Assembly (NCBI GenBank): GCA_964386355.1
Contig: CAYLQQ010000002.1
Span: 45,374-109,373, forward strand
Length of the DNA: 64,000 nucleotides
From: an uncultured Pseudomonadales bacterium
GTDB lineage: Bacteria > Patescibacteriota > Microgenomatia > UBA1400 > UBA1449
Direction of reading: 5' to 3'
Positions 52,516 to 62,714 of the stretch are shown here, one piece after another. A model generated the notes under the pieces. The model worked only from the letters and a program-made list of their open reading frames with translations, had not been told where the DNA came from and made no database searches. Positions within the stretch are counted from its first letter, which is position 1. Each line of letters opens with the position of its first letter. The translations under genes were made by a program, and so were the position numbers.

Positions 52516-52749
52516 TTATAATTTAAGCACAATTATTTTTTTATTACGATAACCAAGATACATGCTAGATAACAAGACTGCAATAAGCACAAACAGAGAA
52601 TAAACCTCTTGAAGTCTTTGAGCCCATATCGGCCATGGGTCATCACCAAAAATAAATATCCAAAATATGCCCATGATGAGTATGTATGTTAGAGCTGCCA
52701 GAAAGAGAGCAGTGATAAAGCCAATAATGGTAAAGATAAAAAAATACAT
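52516..52749 (-). CDS. small membrane protein (77 aa, 2-3 TM)
   Basis: Hydrophobic ORF downstream of the Nif3-like gene. Confidence 0.35.
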   Translation of the reverse strand: MYFFIFTIIGFITALFLAALTYILIMGIFWIFIFGDDPWPIWAQRLQEVYSLFVLIAVLLSSMYLGYRNKKIIVLKL

Positions 52750-52777
52750 GTGTTTTTTTCATTGAATGGGTTAGTGC

Positions 52778-53563
52778 TTACAGCTCATTCCAAACTTCGA
52801 TAAACTGAACTTCTAATTCAGGGAATTTCTGTTTGATTTCCTCACCCAACGCCTGTATTCCAAATACTTCTGTAGCATAGTGGCCGCAGGCAAAGTAAGA
52901 TATTCCCAGTTCACGCGCGCTACCAGGAGAACTTTCTTTTATTTCTCCCGTGATATGAAGATCAATATGTTTGTCCAGCATTTCCCAATACTGTTCACCA
53001 ACAGGTACAGCTCCTCCAGAACAAACGCCAATACGTTTGACTGTTTCTTTTGAACCTTTGACAATGAACACATCGTGTTTGAACAGTTTCGAGCTCTCAT
53101 GTGCTAGTTCAGTAAGTGGCTTTTCTTCTTCAAACTCTCCAATCCACCCCCAACCGTAAAAGTATTCTTCAAAGGTCTCTATTGCTCCCAGTTTTTTTAT
53201 GATCTGTACATTATTTCCAATACTTGGATGCACATCGAGGACATAATGATAACCAGCAATGGTAAGGTCATGCTTGAAAATATACTCCAATTCCTGCTGA
53301 GTCGAGGGTAATAGCCTTGAGTTGAAGATATATCTATCATTCAACCCTAAGCCATGATGAAATATACAAACATCAGCACCCCAGGATACAGCTTTTTGTA
53401 GAAATTCAAGATTACAAGAGACGCCTAGAGCAACTTTTTTGACATCGTGTTTTCCTGATATCTGAATTCCATTGGCATTGCGGTCGATAGTTCTTGATTT
53501 TTCTATTAAATCTTTTCCAAAAATTTCATTGTGAACAGAGTTGAACAGGTTAAATGTATTCAT
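52778..53563 (-). CDS. Nif3-family dinuclear metal-centre protein
   Basis: ADVCIFHHGL and C-terminal ACGHYATE metal-ligand blocks; 261 aa. Confidence 0.55.
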   Translation of the reverse strand: MNTFNLFNSVHNEIFGKDLIEKSRTIDRNANGIQISGKHDVKKVALGVSCNLEFLQKAVSWGADVCIFHHGLGLNDRYIFNSRLLPSTQQELEYIFKHDLTIAGYHYVLDVHPSIGNNVQIIKKLGAIETFEEYFYGWGWIGEFEEEKPLTELAHESSKLFKHDVFIVKGSKETVKRIGVCSGGAVPVGEQYWEMLDKHIDLHITGEIKESSPGSARELGISYFACGHYATEVFGIQALGEEIKQKFPELEVQFIEVWNEL

Positions 53564-53647
53564 AATTTAGCTATTGGTAATTGATAGGTATATATACTCT
53601 GTACTAGTAATTCAAATAATCATCTCTTAAAAAAGTAAATATATTTC

Positions 53648-54697
53648 CTATTTGATAATAATTTGTTCATCCAAGGCTGGTACATAAGCGATAAAATCAC
53701 CATCGCCTTTAAATACATAAACCGGTTGAAAGAATTCCTGTTGGATGGGTGGGTCAAAATAGGCGAGTTCAATTCTTCGAATAGTGATTTGATCTGAGTT
53801 GTTTGTATTGCTGGCAATATATCCATTACCAGCTTTTAACTGTTCCCAAGCTAAAGCGATGGGAGTGAGCGGATAAGTTTCCGGTTGCTCGTAGTTTACC
53901 TGGTAATAATCATACCTTGCTGTGATAATTTGTTTATCGTACTGTGACGATTTTGAGACTAGAAGACTGATGATACCATCCTGAGGCTTGTATGTTAAAA
54001 CAGGGATGTTATCGATATCATTTCGGAAATAATCCACTTTTATGAAATCTGCCTCAGAAAGACTAATTGATGGAACAAGTGATCCACCAGCTACTTTGTA
54101 GTAGGATAGTTTTCCTTTTAAAAAGTCAATATCAGTAAGTTTTTGGGATTCCTTTTTTAGAAATGCTAATGCGATTTGGTAAATCTGATCTTCTGTGAGT
54201 GGCCGCTTATCACTGAGTAATGAGGTATCTGCTTCCCACTGGTACTCATATGAAAAAGCACCAGTAATGATATCAATTTTCATGGTCAAAGGTTGGGGGA
54301 TCCGTCTTTGCCATTGGTATACTGTTTGGTTGATTTTGTCACCAGAACCACTAAATTGGTACGATGCCGCCAATGAATCAGCTTGTTGTTTTGCAAATAA
54401 TGATGCCTTTTTGGGTGGAATGTAATACACATTAGCCCTATCAGAAAACTGTGGAAATGTCCCTGTTGGAGTCTGGAGTATAAAATTGTACTGGTATTGG
54501 CCGTTTTGGGGGAATTTTAATCTTGGTAACGGTCCAAATCCCATAGTTGGTGGCGGTGGGGGTGGAGGATTTAGTCTGCGGTATAGGTCTATTCCATACA
54601 GCACTGCGGCTTGTAAAAATATGTACACAACTATGCCTATTCCTCCATATTTGATTGCCTTTCGGGATATGTATGAAACCTCAGTGAGCGTAGCCAT
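53648..54697 (-). CDS. membrane-anchored Pro-rich hypothetical protein
   Basis: TM (GIGIVVYIFLQAAVLYGI), PPPPPPPP run, then a beta-rich domain. Confidence 0.4.
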   Translation of the reverse strand: MATLTEVSYISRKAIKYGGIGIVVYIFLQAAVLYGIDLYRRLNPPPPPPPTMGFGPLPRLKFPQNGQYQYNFILQTPTGTFPQFSDRANVYYIPPKKASLFAKQQADSLAASYQFSGSGDKINQTVYQWQRRIPQPLTMKIDIITGAFSYEYQWEADTSLLSDKRPLTEDQIYQIALAFLKKESQKLTDIDFLKGKLSYYKVAGGSLVPSISLSEADFIKVDYFRNDIDNIPVLTYKPQDGIISLLVSKSSQYDKQIITARYDYYQVNYEQPETYPLTPIALAWEQLKAGNGYIASNTNNSDQITIRRIELAYFDPPIQQEFFQPVYVFKGDGDFIAYVPALDEQIIIK

Positions 54698-54751
54698 AAG
54701 AGATAGTATAATGTATTCAGTATTAAGTATAAAGATACATCATTTTGGATT

Positions 54752-54780
54752 TTGTACTTTATATGTATCGTGCTTATAAT
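54752..54780 (+). promoter_or_regulatory. putative promoter TTGTAC-N17-TATAAT, 7 nt before ATG 54788 (leaderless candidate)
   Basis: Hexamers and spacing read from the sequence. Confidence 0.4.
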
Positions 54781-54787
54781 CGACAAT

Positions 54788-56002
54788 ATGTCAGATACTC
54801 TTCTTTGTCCCCACTGCGGTAAGTCTATTGCAATAAGTGATGCTATTTCTCATCAGATGCAGGCTCAGTTAGAAAAAAAATATGCAGTAGAAAAAAGGAA
54901 GTTAGAAGAATCATTTCAGAAAGAATTGGAAAGCACTCAACGGAATCTAAAAAAAGAATTATGGGAGAAGGCACAAGTTGCAGCTGCAAAACTACAGGAA
55001 GAGAAAGCGAAACAGCAGTCTATTGAACTTATTGATCTCAAATCACAGTTGGATGAGCAAAAGAAGCGTAATGAGGAAATGGTTAAACAGGAATTAGAGC
55101 TGAGAAAACAAAAACGTGAACTTGAAGAAATGAAGAAAGGTTTTGAGTTACAAAAACAGCGTGAGTTAGATGAAGAAAGGCAAAAGATACACAAACAAGC
55201 CGAAGAAGAACATAGGTTAAAAGAGCTTGAAAAAGATAAAACAATAAATGACCTAAAGAAATTATTGGAAGAAGCAAGACGAAAATCACTACAGGGTTCA
55301 CAGCAGACTCAGGGTGAGGTGTTAGAACTGGATCTGGAACAGAACCTGCGCAGTGCGTTTACTCAAGACAAAATAGATCCTGTTGCCAAAGGAGTTCATG
55401 GGGCTGATATCGTACAGGTTGTTTGCAACCCCAGTGGTTCAAGTTGTGGTGTGATTCTCTGGGAGATAAAACAAACTAAGAACTGGGTGGATGGTTGGGT
55501 AAGCAAATTGAAAGATGATCTGCGGGCACAAAAAGCTAACATTCCCGTGATCGTAACGATGAGTCTGCCAAAAGAAATTGAAAGTTTTGGTAAATACAAG
55601 GGGGTTTGGGTGGTCAGTCCAGATTTAGCTATTCAACTGGCTACTGTATTGCGGACTGTTCTGGTTAATGCTGCATTTGAAAGAAGTGCGGCATTACATA
55701 AAGGCGATAAAGCTGACCTTTTGTTTACATACGTATCTTCACATGAATTTCGACAAAGAGTTGAGGCTTTGGTTGAGGCATACACAGAAATGCAATCTGG
55801 GATTATGAAAGAACGGATGGGGTATGAGAAGCTATGGAAACAACGGGAAGCACAGTTACAGAGATTATTTTTAAATACTGCAGGAATGTATGGTGAGATG
55901 CAGGGATTAGTCGGTTCGACTATGCCGGAGATCAAAGGATTAGAAATTGGTTCTGCAGTACAGTTGGGAGATGGGGTTAGCGGTGAGGGAACATTATTTT
56001 AG
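54788..56002 (+). CDS. DUF2130-like protein: N-terminal CxxC, long coiled coil, C-terminal globular domain
   Basis: MSDTLLCPHCGKSI, then ~200 aa of Lys/Glu heptads and a C-terminal domain. The tracked ORF start (54752) lies inside the promoter. Confidence 0.45.
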   Translation: MSDTLLCPHCGKSIAISDAISHQMQAQLEKKYAVEKRKLEESFQKELESTQRNLKKELWEKAQVAAAKLQEEKAKQQSIELIDLKSQLDEQKKRNEEMVKQELELRKQKRELEEMKKGFELQKQRELDEERQKIHKQAEEEHRLKELEKDKTINDLKKLLEEARRKSLQGSQQTQGEVLELDLEQNLRSAFTQDKIDPVAKGVHGADIVQVVCNPSGSSCGVILWEIKQTKNWVDGWVSKLKDDLRAQKANIPVIVTMSLPKEIESFGKYKGVWVVSPDLAIQLATVLRTVLVNAAFERSAALHKGDKADLLFTYVSSHEFRQRVEALVEAYTEMQSGIMKERMGYEKLWKQREAQLQRLFLNTAGMYGEMQGLVGSTMPEIKGLEIGSAVQLGDGVSGEGTLF

Positions 56003-56218
56003 TTACACATTGACACCAGAGTCTAAATCGCTCAGACCATCATTGGGATCGAATTTTCTTGGCTTCATTAATAAACCAGTTAATAAATCCCAAAATCTTT
56101 CAGCTGCAACATGGCGTAACTTTGCAGATTCTTCAAATAACCCATCCAATGCTTTATTCCATGCATCTCTCGCTACTATTTGTTCTGGTGATCTAGGCCT
56201 AAATTCAATGGACATCAT
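56003..56218 (-). CDS. small hypothetical protein (trimmed to the internal ATG to avoid overlap with miaB)
   Basis: The longest ORF (to 56353) overlaps miaB by 87 nt; internal start MMSIEF. Confidence 0.25.
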   Translation of the reverse strand: MMSIEFRPRSPEQIVARDAWNKALDGLFEESAKLRHVAAERFWDLLTGLLMKPRKFDPNDGLSDLDSGVNV

Positions 56219-56266
56219 TTTTAATAAATATTTGAACAATATTTCGAATATAATACTCGATACATT

Positions 56267-57385
56267 ATGAAAAGCAAGACATACTATATCTATACATGGG
56301 GATGTGCTATGAACGCAGCCGATAGTCAGCGGATTGCGGGTTGGTATGAACAAAATGGCTATGTACTGGCTAAAACAGTTGATGAGGCTGACGAGATTAT
56401 TCTGACAACCTGTTCGGTACGTAAATCGGCGGAGGATAGGGTACTGGGACTGGTTGTCAATTTAAGTAAAGAATTTAAGTTAAAAAAAAGAAAGCCTAAG
56501 ATCATTCTTACGGGTTGCATGCTTCACTATGGTGAAGAAAAACTGAGGGGAATTCTACCGGATGTGGGTGAGTTTAAGCACATTACTGAGATTGGATTCC
56601 AAAATCCATCTGTAAGGCCTGACCCAAGGCATGCCCTTATTCCGATTTCAACTGGCTGCAATTCTTTTTGCACCTACTGCGTCGTGCCTCTGGCTAGAGG
56701 AAGAGAAAAATCAAGGCCAATGGATGAAATTATTAAAGAGATACAGGAATTGGTGGAAAAGGAATACATAGAATTTACACTTCTTGGTCAAAACGTAAAC
56801 AGTTACGGACTGGAAAAAGTGGGCATGTCTATGCGAAAGCGTTTAGATACTGATAAATCACTCCCCTCAAACCAAAGCCAGTACAAGGTGTTCCGGGGTG
56901 ACCCGCCATTTGTTAAGCTTCTTGATAAAATCTGTGCGATTGATGGAGTTAAAAAAGTCAATTTTATGTCTTCTAACCCCTGGGATTTCCATGATGAGCT
57001 AATCGAATGTATTACCCGAAATCCTAAGATCAACCGCGAACTACATATTGCCTTACAATCTGGAGATGATGAGATTCTGGTAAAAATGAATAGGGGATAC
57101 ACAGCTAGGCAGTATCTTAATCTGATTAAAAAACTACGTGAGAAAGTGTCTGGGGTCAGTTTTACAACCGACCTGATTGTCGGGTTTCCTGGCGAAACGG
57201 AAGAGCAATTTCAACATACTGCTAATCTATGCAAACAGATCGGGTTCAACATTGCATATGTCAATCGTTACTCTCCCCGCCCAGGAACGATATCTGCTAA
57301 GTTATATACTGATGATATTCATGATCTAGAGAAGAAGAAAAGGTGGAAGGTGCTTGATACGCTAATTAATAAAAATGATAATTAA
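56267..57385 (+). CDS. miaB: MiaB-like radical-SAM methylthiotransferase, short (no TRAM domain)
   Basis: UPF0004 N-domain YIYTWGCAMNAADSQRIAG; radical-SAM STGCNSFCTYCVVPLARGRE; 372 aa; adjacent to miaA. Confidence 0.65.
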   Translation: MKSKTYYIYTWGCAMNAADSQRIAGWYEQNGYVLAKTVDEADEIILTTCSVRKSAEDRVLGLVVNLSKEFKLKKRKPKIILTGCMLHYGEEKLRGILPDVGEFKHITEIGFQNPSVRPDPRHALIPISTGCNSFCTYCVVPLARGREKSRPMDEIIKEIQELVEKEYIEFTLLGQNVNSYGLEKVGMSMRKRLDTDKSLPSNQSQYKVFRGDPPFVKLLDKICAIDGVKKVNFMSSNPWDFHDELIECITRNPKINRELHIALQSGDDEILVKMNRGYTARQYLNLIKKLREKVSGVSFTTDLIVGFPGETEEQFQHTANLCKQIGFNIAYVNRYSPRPGTISAKLYTDDIHDLEKKKRWKVLDTLINKNDN

Positions 57386-57388
57386 CTT

Positions 57389-57994
57389 ATGCGTGTATTT
57401 ATTGTCCGGCATGGTGAAACCGATTGGAATGTAGAGCACAAGTTCCAAGGTGAAGTTGACGTGCCTCTTAATCAAAATGGATTAGATCAGGCTCAACGGA
57501 TTGCCAGTAGATTGCGTTTGGAGCATTTTGATGTTATCTATTCTTCTCCTCTATCAAGAGCTTTAGAAACTGGCAAGTCTATTGCGAAGTACCATCCCCG
57601 GGCTCCTTTTCTTATTGAACATGAGCTACGTGAGGTATCATTTGGAAGTTGGGAGGGAAAAACATGGGCTGATATAGAGCAAGAATTAGGCGGTATGCGA
57701 CATCTTAGTCCTCATGAGGAATTTATCGATAGAATCCATGGAGGCAATTCACTCGAACAGCGCGTAGAGAAGTTGATACCAGTAGTTGAACAATGGCTGA
57801 AGACTTATAAAAACAAAACAATTCTACTTTCTACTCATGGATACATTAAAAAGGGTATATTGATAGCATTTAAAGTCGCCACCTATGACAGTGAGTTTCA
57901 AAGTCAAAGGTTTGAAAATACGGCATTGACTATTATCCGGCCGTTTGATGAGGAAAAAATTGAACTGCTGGCTGATACTTCTCATTTACTATGA
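57389..57994 (+). CDS. histidine phosphatase family protein (phosphoglycerate-mutase-like)
   Basis: Catalytic RHGETDWN at the N-terminus. Confidence 0.75.
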   Translation: MRVFIVRHGETDWNVEHKFQGEVDVPLNQNGLDQAQRIASRLRLEHFDVIYSSPLSRALETGKSIAKYHPRAPFLIEHELREVSFGSWEGKTWADIEQELGGMRHLSPHEEFIDRIHGGNSLEQRVEKLIPVVEQWLKTYKNKTILLSTHGYIKKGILIAFKVATYDSEFQSQRFENTALTIIRPFDEEKIELLADTSHLL

Positions 57995-59013
57995 ACAACC
58001 TAATCATGCTTTCGGGTCCGACTGCTTCAGGAAAAACGCAACTGGCACTGAACCTCGCTAAACAGTTTAATGGCGAACTGATATCAGCTGATTCTAGGCA
58101 AGTATATACAGGGATGGATATAGTAACTGGCAAAGACTTGCCAGTAAATTCAAAATTCAAAACACTAAGTTTAGAAGTAAAAAGACAATTATGTTTTGGC
58201 TACTATGTTGTAGAGGAAATTAAAGTATGGGGATTGGATATTGTCGATCCTGATCAGGAGTTTGATGTGTCTTCTTTTATTCAATATACATCTCTTGTAT
58301 TAGCCGACATAGTGCAAAGAGAGAAAGTGCCTATAATTATTGGAGGGACTGGATTTTGGATACGGTCGTTACTTAAGCAGCCAGAAACAGTGGGTGTTCC
58401 AATTAATAAAGATTTGAGGCTGGAGCTTGCAAACTTCACAATTGAAAAACTACAGGTAAAGTTGAAAGAGGTACATATGCAGAAGTGGGAACAGATGAAT
58501 AATTCTGATAGAAATAACCCACGTAGGCTAATCAGGGCGATTGAAATAGAAGAATATAGAATTGAGAACATGAAACATAGTAAAGATGAAAGAGCAGAAT
58601 GTAATTCTGAATTTGATTTGGAACCTCATTGGGGTCTACGTAACAAAAAGGGAATGATGGATATTGTTTGGATAGGATTAAAAATTGAAAAAGAAATTCT
58701 TGAAAAAAAGATTAGGGCTCGGGTTTTAGATAGATTACATAACGGAGCAGTCGAAGAAACAAAAAGATTGGTTGAGCGCTATGGGTGGGATAAGCCTTCC
58801 ATGACCGGGATTGGATATAGGGATCTAAAGCCTTATATCGAAGGTGAAGTTTCACTCGCGCAAGCTACTGAAAACTGGATAATGCATGAGATGCAGTATG
58901 CTAAAAGACAAATGACATGGTTTGCTAAAGAAGAACGTATCGAATGGTTTGACGTGCACACCGATGGGATATTTGATAGAATTAACTGTAGAGTAGAAAC
59001 ATTTTTAAACTGA
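57991..59013 (+). CDS. miaA: tRNA dimethylallyltransferase MiaA
   Basis: P-loop GPTASGKT, SADSRQVY, and DIVTGK blocks; ATGA overlap with the upstream gene. Confidence 0.85.
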   Translation: MNNLIMLSGPTASGKTQLALNLAKQFNGELISADSRQVYTGMDIVTGKDLPVNSKFKTLSLEVKRQLCFGYYVVEEIKVWGLDIVDPDQEFDVSSFIQYTSLVLADIVQREKVPIIIGGTGFWIRSLLKQPETVGVPINKDLRLELANFTIEKLQVKLKEVHMQKWEQMNNSDRNNPRRLIRAIEIEEYRIENMKHSKDERAECNSEFDLEPHWGLRNKKGMMDIVWIGLKIEKEILEKKIRARVLDRLHNGAVEETKRLVERYGWDKPSMTGIGYRDLKPYIEGEVSLAQATENWIMHEMQYAKRQMTWFAKEERIEWFDVHTDGIFDRINCRVETFLN

Positions 59014-59020
59014 AAACTAT

Positions 59021-59989
59021 ATGAATAAAATAGAAATTTCACCTAAAACAGTATTTTATACAATACTTATTCTGATCGGATTTTGGTTGGTGTATCAGAT
59101 ACGGTCTGTGCTGCTGATTGTCTTTGTATCTTTTATCTTAGCAACCGCGCTTAATCCGCTTGTTAACGGGTTGCAGAAAATTAAATTACCCAGGGTACTG
59201 GCAATTTTTATCAGCTTTATCATTGTTATTGGAATAGTAAGCCTGGTATTTGCTGGCATTATCCCAACTCTGATTGAGCAAACGGCGATTTTGGCCACCA
59301 GTTTGATTCAGATACTTAATGAAAATCACCTTTTGGATTTTGACCAGAACGCAATTGCATCACAAATACAAACAATTTCATCCAGCCTAATTAATGTATT
59401 GAAGATAATCATGGGGGCTGCCTCTAATGTGATTGCACTTTTTTCACTTTTGGTAATGACCTTTTATCTTCTTATCGAAAGACCATATCTAGAAAAATAT
59501 TTACGAATATTGTTTCACGACGGGGAAAAAGAAAAAAAATGGCTACAGGTTATTGAGGCAGTTGAGCAACGGCTTGGAGGTTGGGTGAGGGGCGAGATAT
59601 TACTTATGGTGATAGTTGGGACACTTACGTATATTGGTTTGTCTGCTATACGTATTCCCTTTGCTTTACCATTGGCATTGTTAGCAGGTTTGTTGGAGTT
59701 AGTTCCCAATTTAGGACCTACTATTGCAGCTATTCCAGCGGCAATTATTGGCTTTACCATATCGACACCGGTAGCAATTGGAACAATCATTGTTTCCATT
59801 GCTGTCCAGCAACTCGAAAATAATATTATTGTTCCCTTGGTCATGCGATCATCAGCAGGTATTAGGCCGATCGTTACATTACTTTGCCTTATGATTGGAG
59901 TTACGATTGGAGGAGTTGGTGGAGCAATTCTTGCTGTACCAACATATATTACGATTGAAACCGTAGTGAAACAACTGATTAGAAAATAA
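59021..59989 (+). CDS. AI-2E family transporter (PerM/YhhT-like)
   Basis: 8 TM; LIVFVSFILATALNPLVNGL block typical of the family. Confidence 0.55.
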   Translation: MNKIEISPKTVFYTILILIGFWLVYQIRSVLLIVFVSFILATALNPLVNGLQKIKLPRVLAIFISFIIVIGIVSLVFAGIIPTLIEQTAILATSLIQILNENHLLDFDQNAIASQIQTISSSLINVLKIIMGAASNVIALFSLLVMTFYLLIERPYLEKYLRILFHDGEKEKKWLQVIEAVEQRLGGWVRGEILLMVIVGTLTYIGLSAIRIPFALPLALLAGLLELVPNLGPTIAAIPAAIIGFTISTPVAIGTIIVSIAVQQLENNIIVPLVMRSSAGIRPIVTLLCLMIGVTIGGVGGAILAVPTYITIETVVKQLIRK

Positions 59990-60049
59990 TCTATTTTGAA
60001 GGCAATACCTCCCAGATATTTTCGAGTATGCCTGTATATGTTAGTTGTT

Positions 60050-62491
60050 TTAGATTACAGCTACTTTGAGCACATCCCCAATCTGGTCTGCATAACGGAT
60101 AGAAAGTTCCTGCTTGACCCTCTCAGGCACTTCTTCCATATCTTTTTCATTTGATTTGGGAATGACCACAGTTTTAAGACCTGCACGATGGGCTGCGATT
60201 AATTTCTCTTTCAAGCCTCCAATTTCTAGTACTCGGCCACGTAAGGTAATTTCCCCTGTCATACCTACATCTTTATGGACTTTCTTTTTGGATAGTGCTG
60301 AATAGAGAGCAGTAGTGATAGCCACACCCGCGGAAGGTCCATCTTTTGGTACTGCACCTTCCGGTACATGTATATGGAAGTCGTATTTAGAATATGCATC
60401 CTTATCGATTCCCAGTTCTTCCCAGTGACTACGAATGTATGAGAGGGCAGCTTTACATGACTCTTGCATGACCTCACCCAGCTTGCCGGTAATGATTATT
60501 CTACCTTTACCTGGCATTAGAGCGACTTCGATGAAAAGTATATCACCACCTACTTGTGTCCATGCCAACCCAGTTGAGATACCAATATCATCCTTTGCCT
60601 CAGCAACCGCATCGCTATATTTGCGAGGTCCCAGATACTCATGCAAGTTATCTTCAGTTACTTTAGCTTTTTCTATCTCGCTAGAATTAATCTTTTTAGC
60701 GATTTTGCGCATGATTTTATTTAAATTACGTTCCAATTCGCGTACACCTGCTTCTCTCGTATAACCACGAATAATCTTTTTATACGCAGCTGAGGTGATA
60801 GTAACCTGTTCTTTGAGTAGGCCGGATCCGTTTAAAGTTTTATCATAAAGGTACTTTTTTGCAATTTCGTACTTTTCATCATCGGTATATCCTGAAAAGC
60901 GAATGATCTCCAAACGATCTCTCAAGGCTGGCGGAATGGTATCCAAAACGTTAGCTGTGGTAATAAATAATACCTGTGATAAATCGAAAGGAACCTCCAG
61001 GTAATGGTCTGAAAACCCAGTATTCTGTTCTGGATCTAGAGCTTCAAGTAAAGCAGATGATGGATCTCCTCGGAAATCATTACCAATTTTATCGATTTCA
61101 TCGAGCATAAAAACCGGATTCATGGTGCCAGAATCCTTAAGACCCTGGATAATACGTCCAGGCATAGCACCCACATAGGTACGCCTATGGCCGCGAATTT
61201 CAGCCTCGTCCCGAATACCACCTATTGAGACTTTAATAAATTTTCGACCCAGGGCTTTTGCAATAGATTTGCCAATGGAGGTTTTACCGACCCCGGGAGG
61301 GCCAGAGAAGCACAAGATAGTTGTGTTTTTTGCATCCTTAGCTTTATCTGGTAACTTATCAGCCTGTTTTTTGCGAAGCGCCATAACTGATAAGTATTCC
61401 AATATGCGTTCTTTAACCTCTTTTAATCCATAATGATCGTGTTCTAATACTTTTTCTGCTTTAGTAGCTCCATTATCACTTTTTGTGTATTTACCCCATG
61501 GCATCTCAAAAATGGTCTCAAGATAGGTCCGAATATATCCTGACTCGGGATTATAGGAGTGCATTTTGGCTAACCTGCCAATTTCTTTTTGGATCTTTTC
61601 TTTTATATCTTGGGGTATTTTAAGTGTTTTCAGTTTTTTTCGAAATTCCCCAACCTCCGGATCATCCATATCCTCTTCACCAATATTCTCTCCCAGTTCT
61701 TTTTGAATTGTTTTCATCCGTTCGCGCAGGACTGCTTCACGCATTGATTTGTCAAACTTCTTTTGGGTTTTGCTTGCGATGTTGTGTTCGATTTCGAGTA
61801 CTGCAATCTCCTTTGCTAATAGGTCATTGACAGTTTTGAGTCTGACATTGACATCAGTTATATCTAAAAGGGCTTGTTTTTGAGAAATAGGAATATCAAG
61901 AATTGAACCGATTTGATCGGCAAGTTCAGGTTTAGGCACACCGGACATAAGTTTCATAAAAACCAAAAAGTCAATGGGTTTGCCCATGTTTACGGCACGC
62001 TTAAGATTATTAGTTAATACTTTTACTAGAGATTCAGCTTCAGGTGTGATGTCGTTAACTTCCTCAACCATGTCCAGTTTGGCGATACCAAAATCACCTA
62101 CTAGATTGCAGGAAACAATTTTTGCCCGTCTGACACCATGCACTAACGCATTGATTTCATCGCCTGTTTTTAAGAGCCGTTCAATTCGGCAGATAGTTCC
62201 CGTTTTATAGAGGTCATCCATGCTGGGATTTGCTACTGCTGCATTTTTTTGTGTTGTTAAGAAGATAAACTTACTTGTTTTGAAGGCATGCTCGACAGCT
62301 TTGATAGATTGCGTGCGCCCGAAAGCCAGAACAATTTCAAGGTGTGGAAACATAACCACATCACGAAGAGGCACCATGGGTAAAATCATATTTTTATCCT
62401 GGACTTCTGGATTTTTAACCTCTGGAATAATTTGTTCCGGTTGCTGGTCAGCAGGAGTTGGTTGATTTGGTTTTGTCAATGAATCTGTCAT
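60050..62491 (-). CDS. lon: ATP-dependent Lon protease
   Basis: N-domain; AAA+ GPPGVGKTS; protease PKDGPSAGV with the catalytic Ser. Confidence 0.92.
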   Translation of the reverse strand: MTDSLTKPNQPTPADQQPEQIIPEVKNPEVQDKNMILPMVPLRDVVMFPHLEIVLAFGRTQSIKAVEHAFKTSKFIFLTTQKNAAVANPSMDDLYKTGTICRIERLLKTGDEINALVHGVRRAKIVSCNLVGDFGIAKLDMVEEVNDITPEAESLVKVLTNNLKRAVNMGKPIDFLVFMKLMSGVPKPELADQIGSILDIPISQKQALLDITDVNVRLKTVNDLLAKEIAVLEIEHNIASKTQKKFDKSMREAVLRERMKTIQKELGENIGEEDMDDPEVGEFRKKLKTLKIPQDIKEKIQKEIGRLAKMHSYNPESGYIRTYLETIFEMPWGKYTKSDNGATKAEKVLEHDHYGLKEVKERILEYLSVMALRKKQADKLPDKAKDAKNTTILCFSGPPGVGKTSIGKSIAKALGRKFIKVSIGGIRDEAEIRGHRRTYVGAMPGRIIQGLKDSGTMNPVFMLDEIDKIGNDFRGDPSSALLEALDPEQNTGFSDHYLEVPFDLSQVLFITTANVLDTIPPALRDRLEIIRFSGYTDDEKYEIAKKYLYDKTLNGSGLLKEQVTITSAAYKKIIRGYTREAGVRELERNLNKIMRKIAKKINSSEIEKAKVTEDNLHEYLGPRKYSDAVAEAKDDIGISTGLAWTQVGGDILFIEVALMPGKGRIIITGKLGEVMQESCKAALSYIRSHWEELGIDKDAYSKYDFHIHVPEGAVPKDGPSAGVAITTALYSALSKKKVHKDVGMTGEITLRGRVLEIGGLKEKLIAAHRAGLKTVVIPKSNEKDMEEVPERVKQELSIRYADQIGDVLKVAVI

Positions 62492-62611
62492 GTATGTAAA
62501 TAGTAATAAATAAAGTGTATTTATTTTACTCTTGCGATTACTACTATATTTTCCAGGTGATCGATAATGTTATATAGACTTATGTATGTGAACACTGTTG
62601 GACTTATACGG

Positions 62612-62638
62612 TTAGCAATATACCAAAAAGAGTGCTAG
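62612..62638 (-). promoter_or_regulatory. CIRCE-like inverted repeat upstream of lon (TTAGCAATA-N9-GAGTGCTAG)
   Basis: Matches the HrcA operator consensus TTAGCACTC-N9-GAGTGCTAA at 15 of 18 positions; about 125 nt upstream of the lon ATG. Confidence 0.35.
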
Positions 62639-62714
62639 AAGTCAAAAGGAAAGATAGAGGTATTGTTAGGGAGTTAACAGCTTATTGTTTGGTAATTTTT
62701 AACCAGTAAGTCTA

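Noticed and set aside
56003-56353. 116-aa minus-strand ORF overlapping the first 87 nt of miaB
   Set aside because: The overlap with a well-supported radical-SAM gene start is implausible; only the trimmed 72-aa version is kept, at low confidence.
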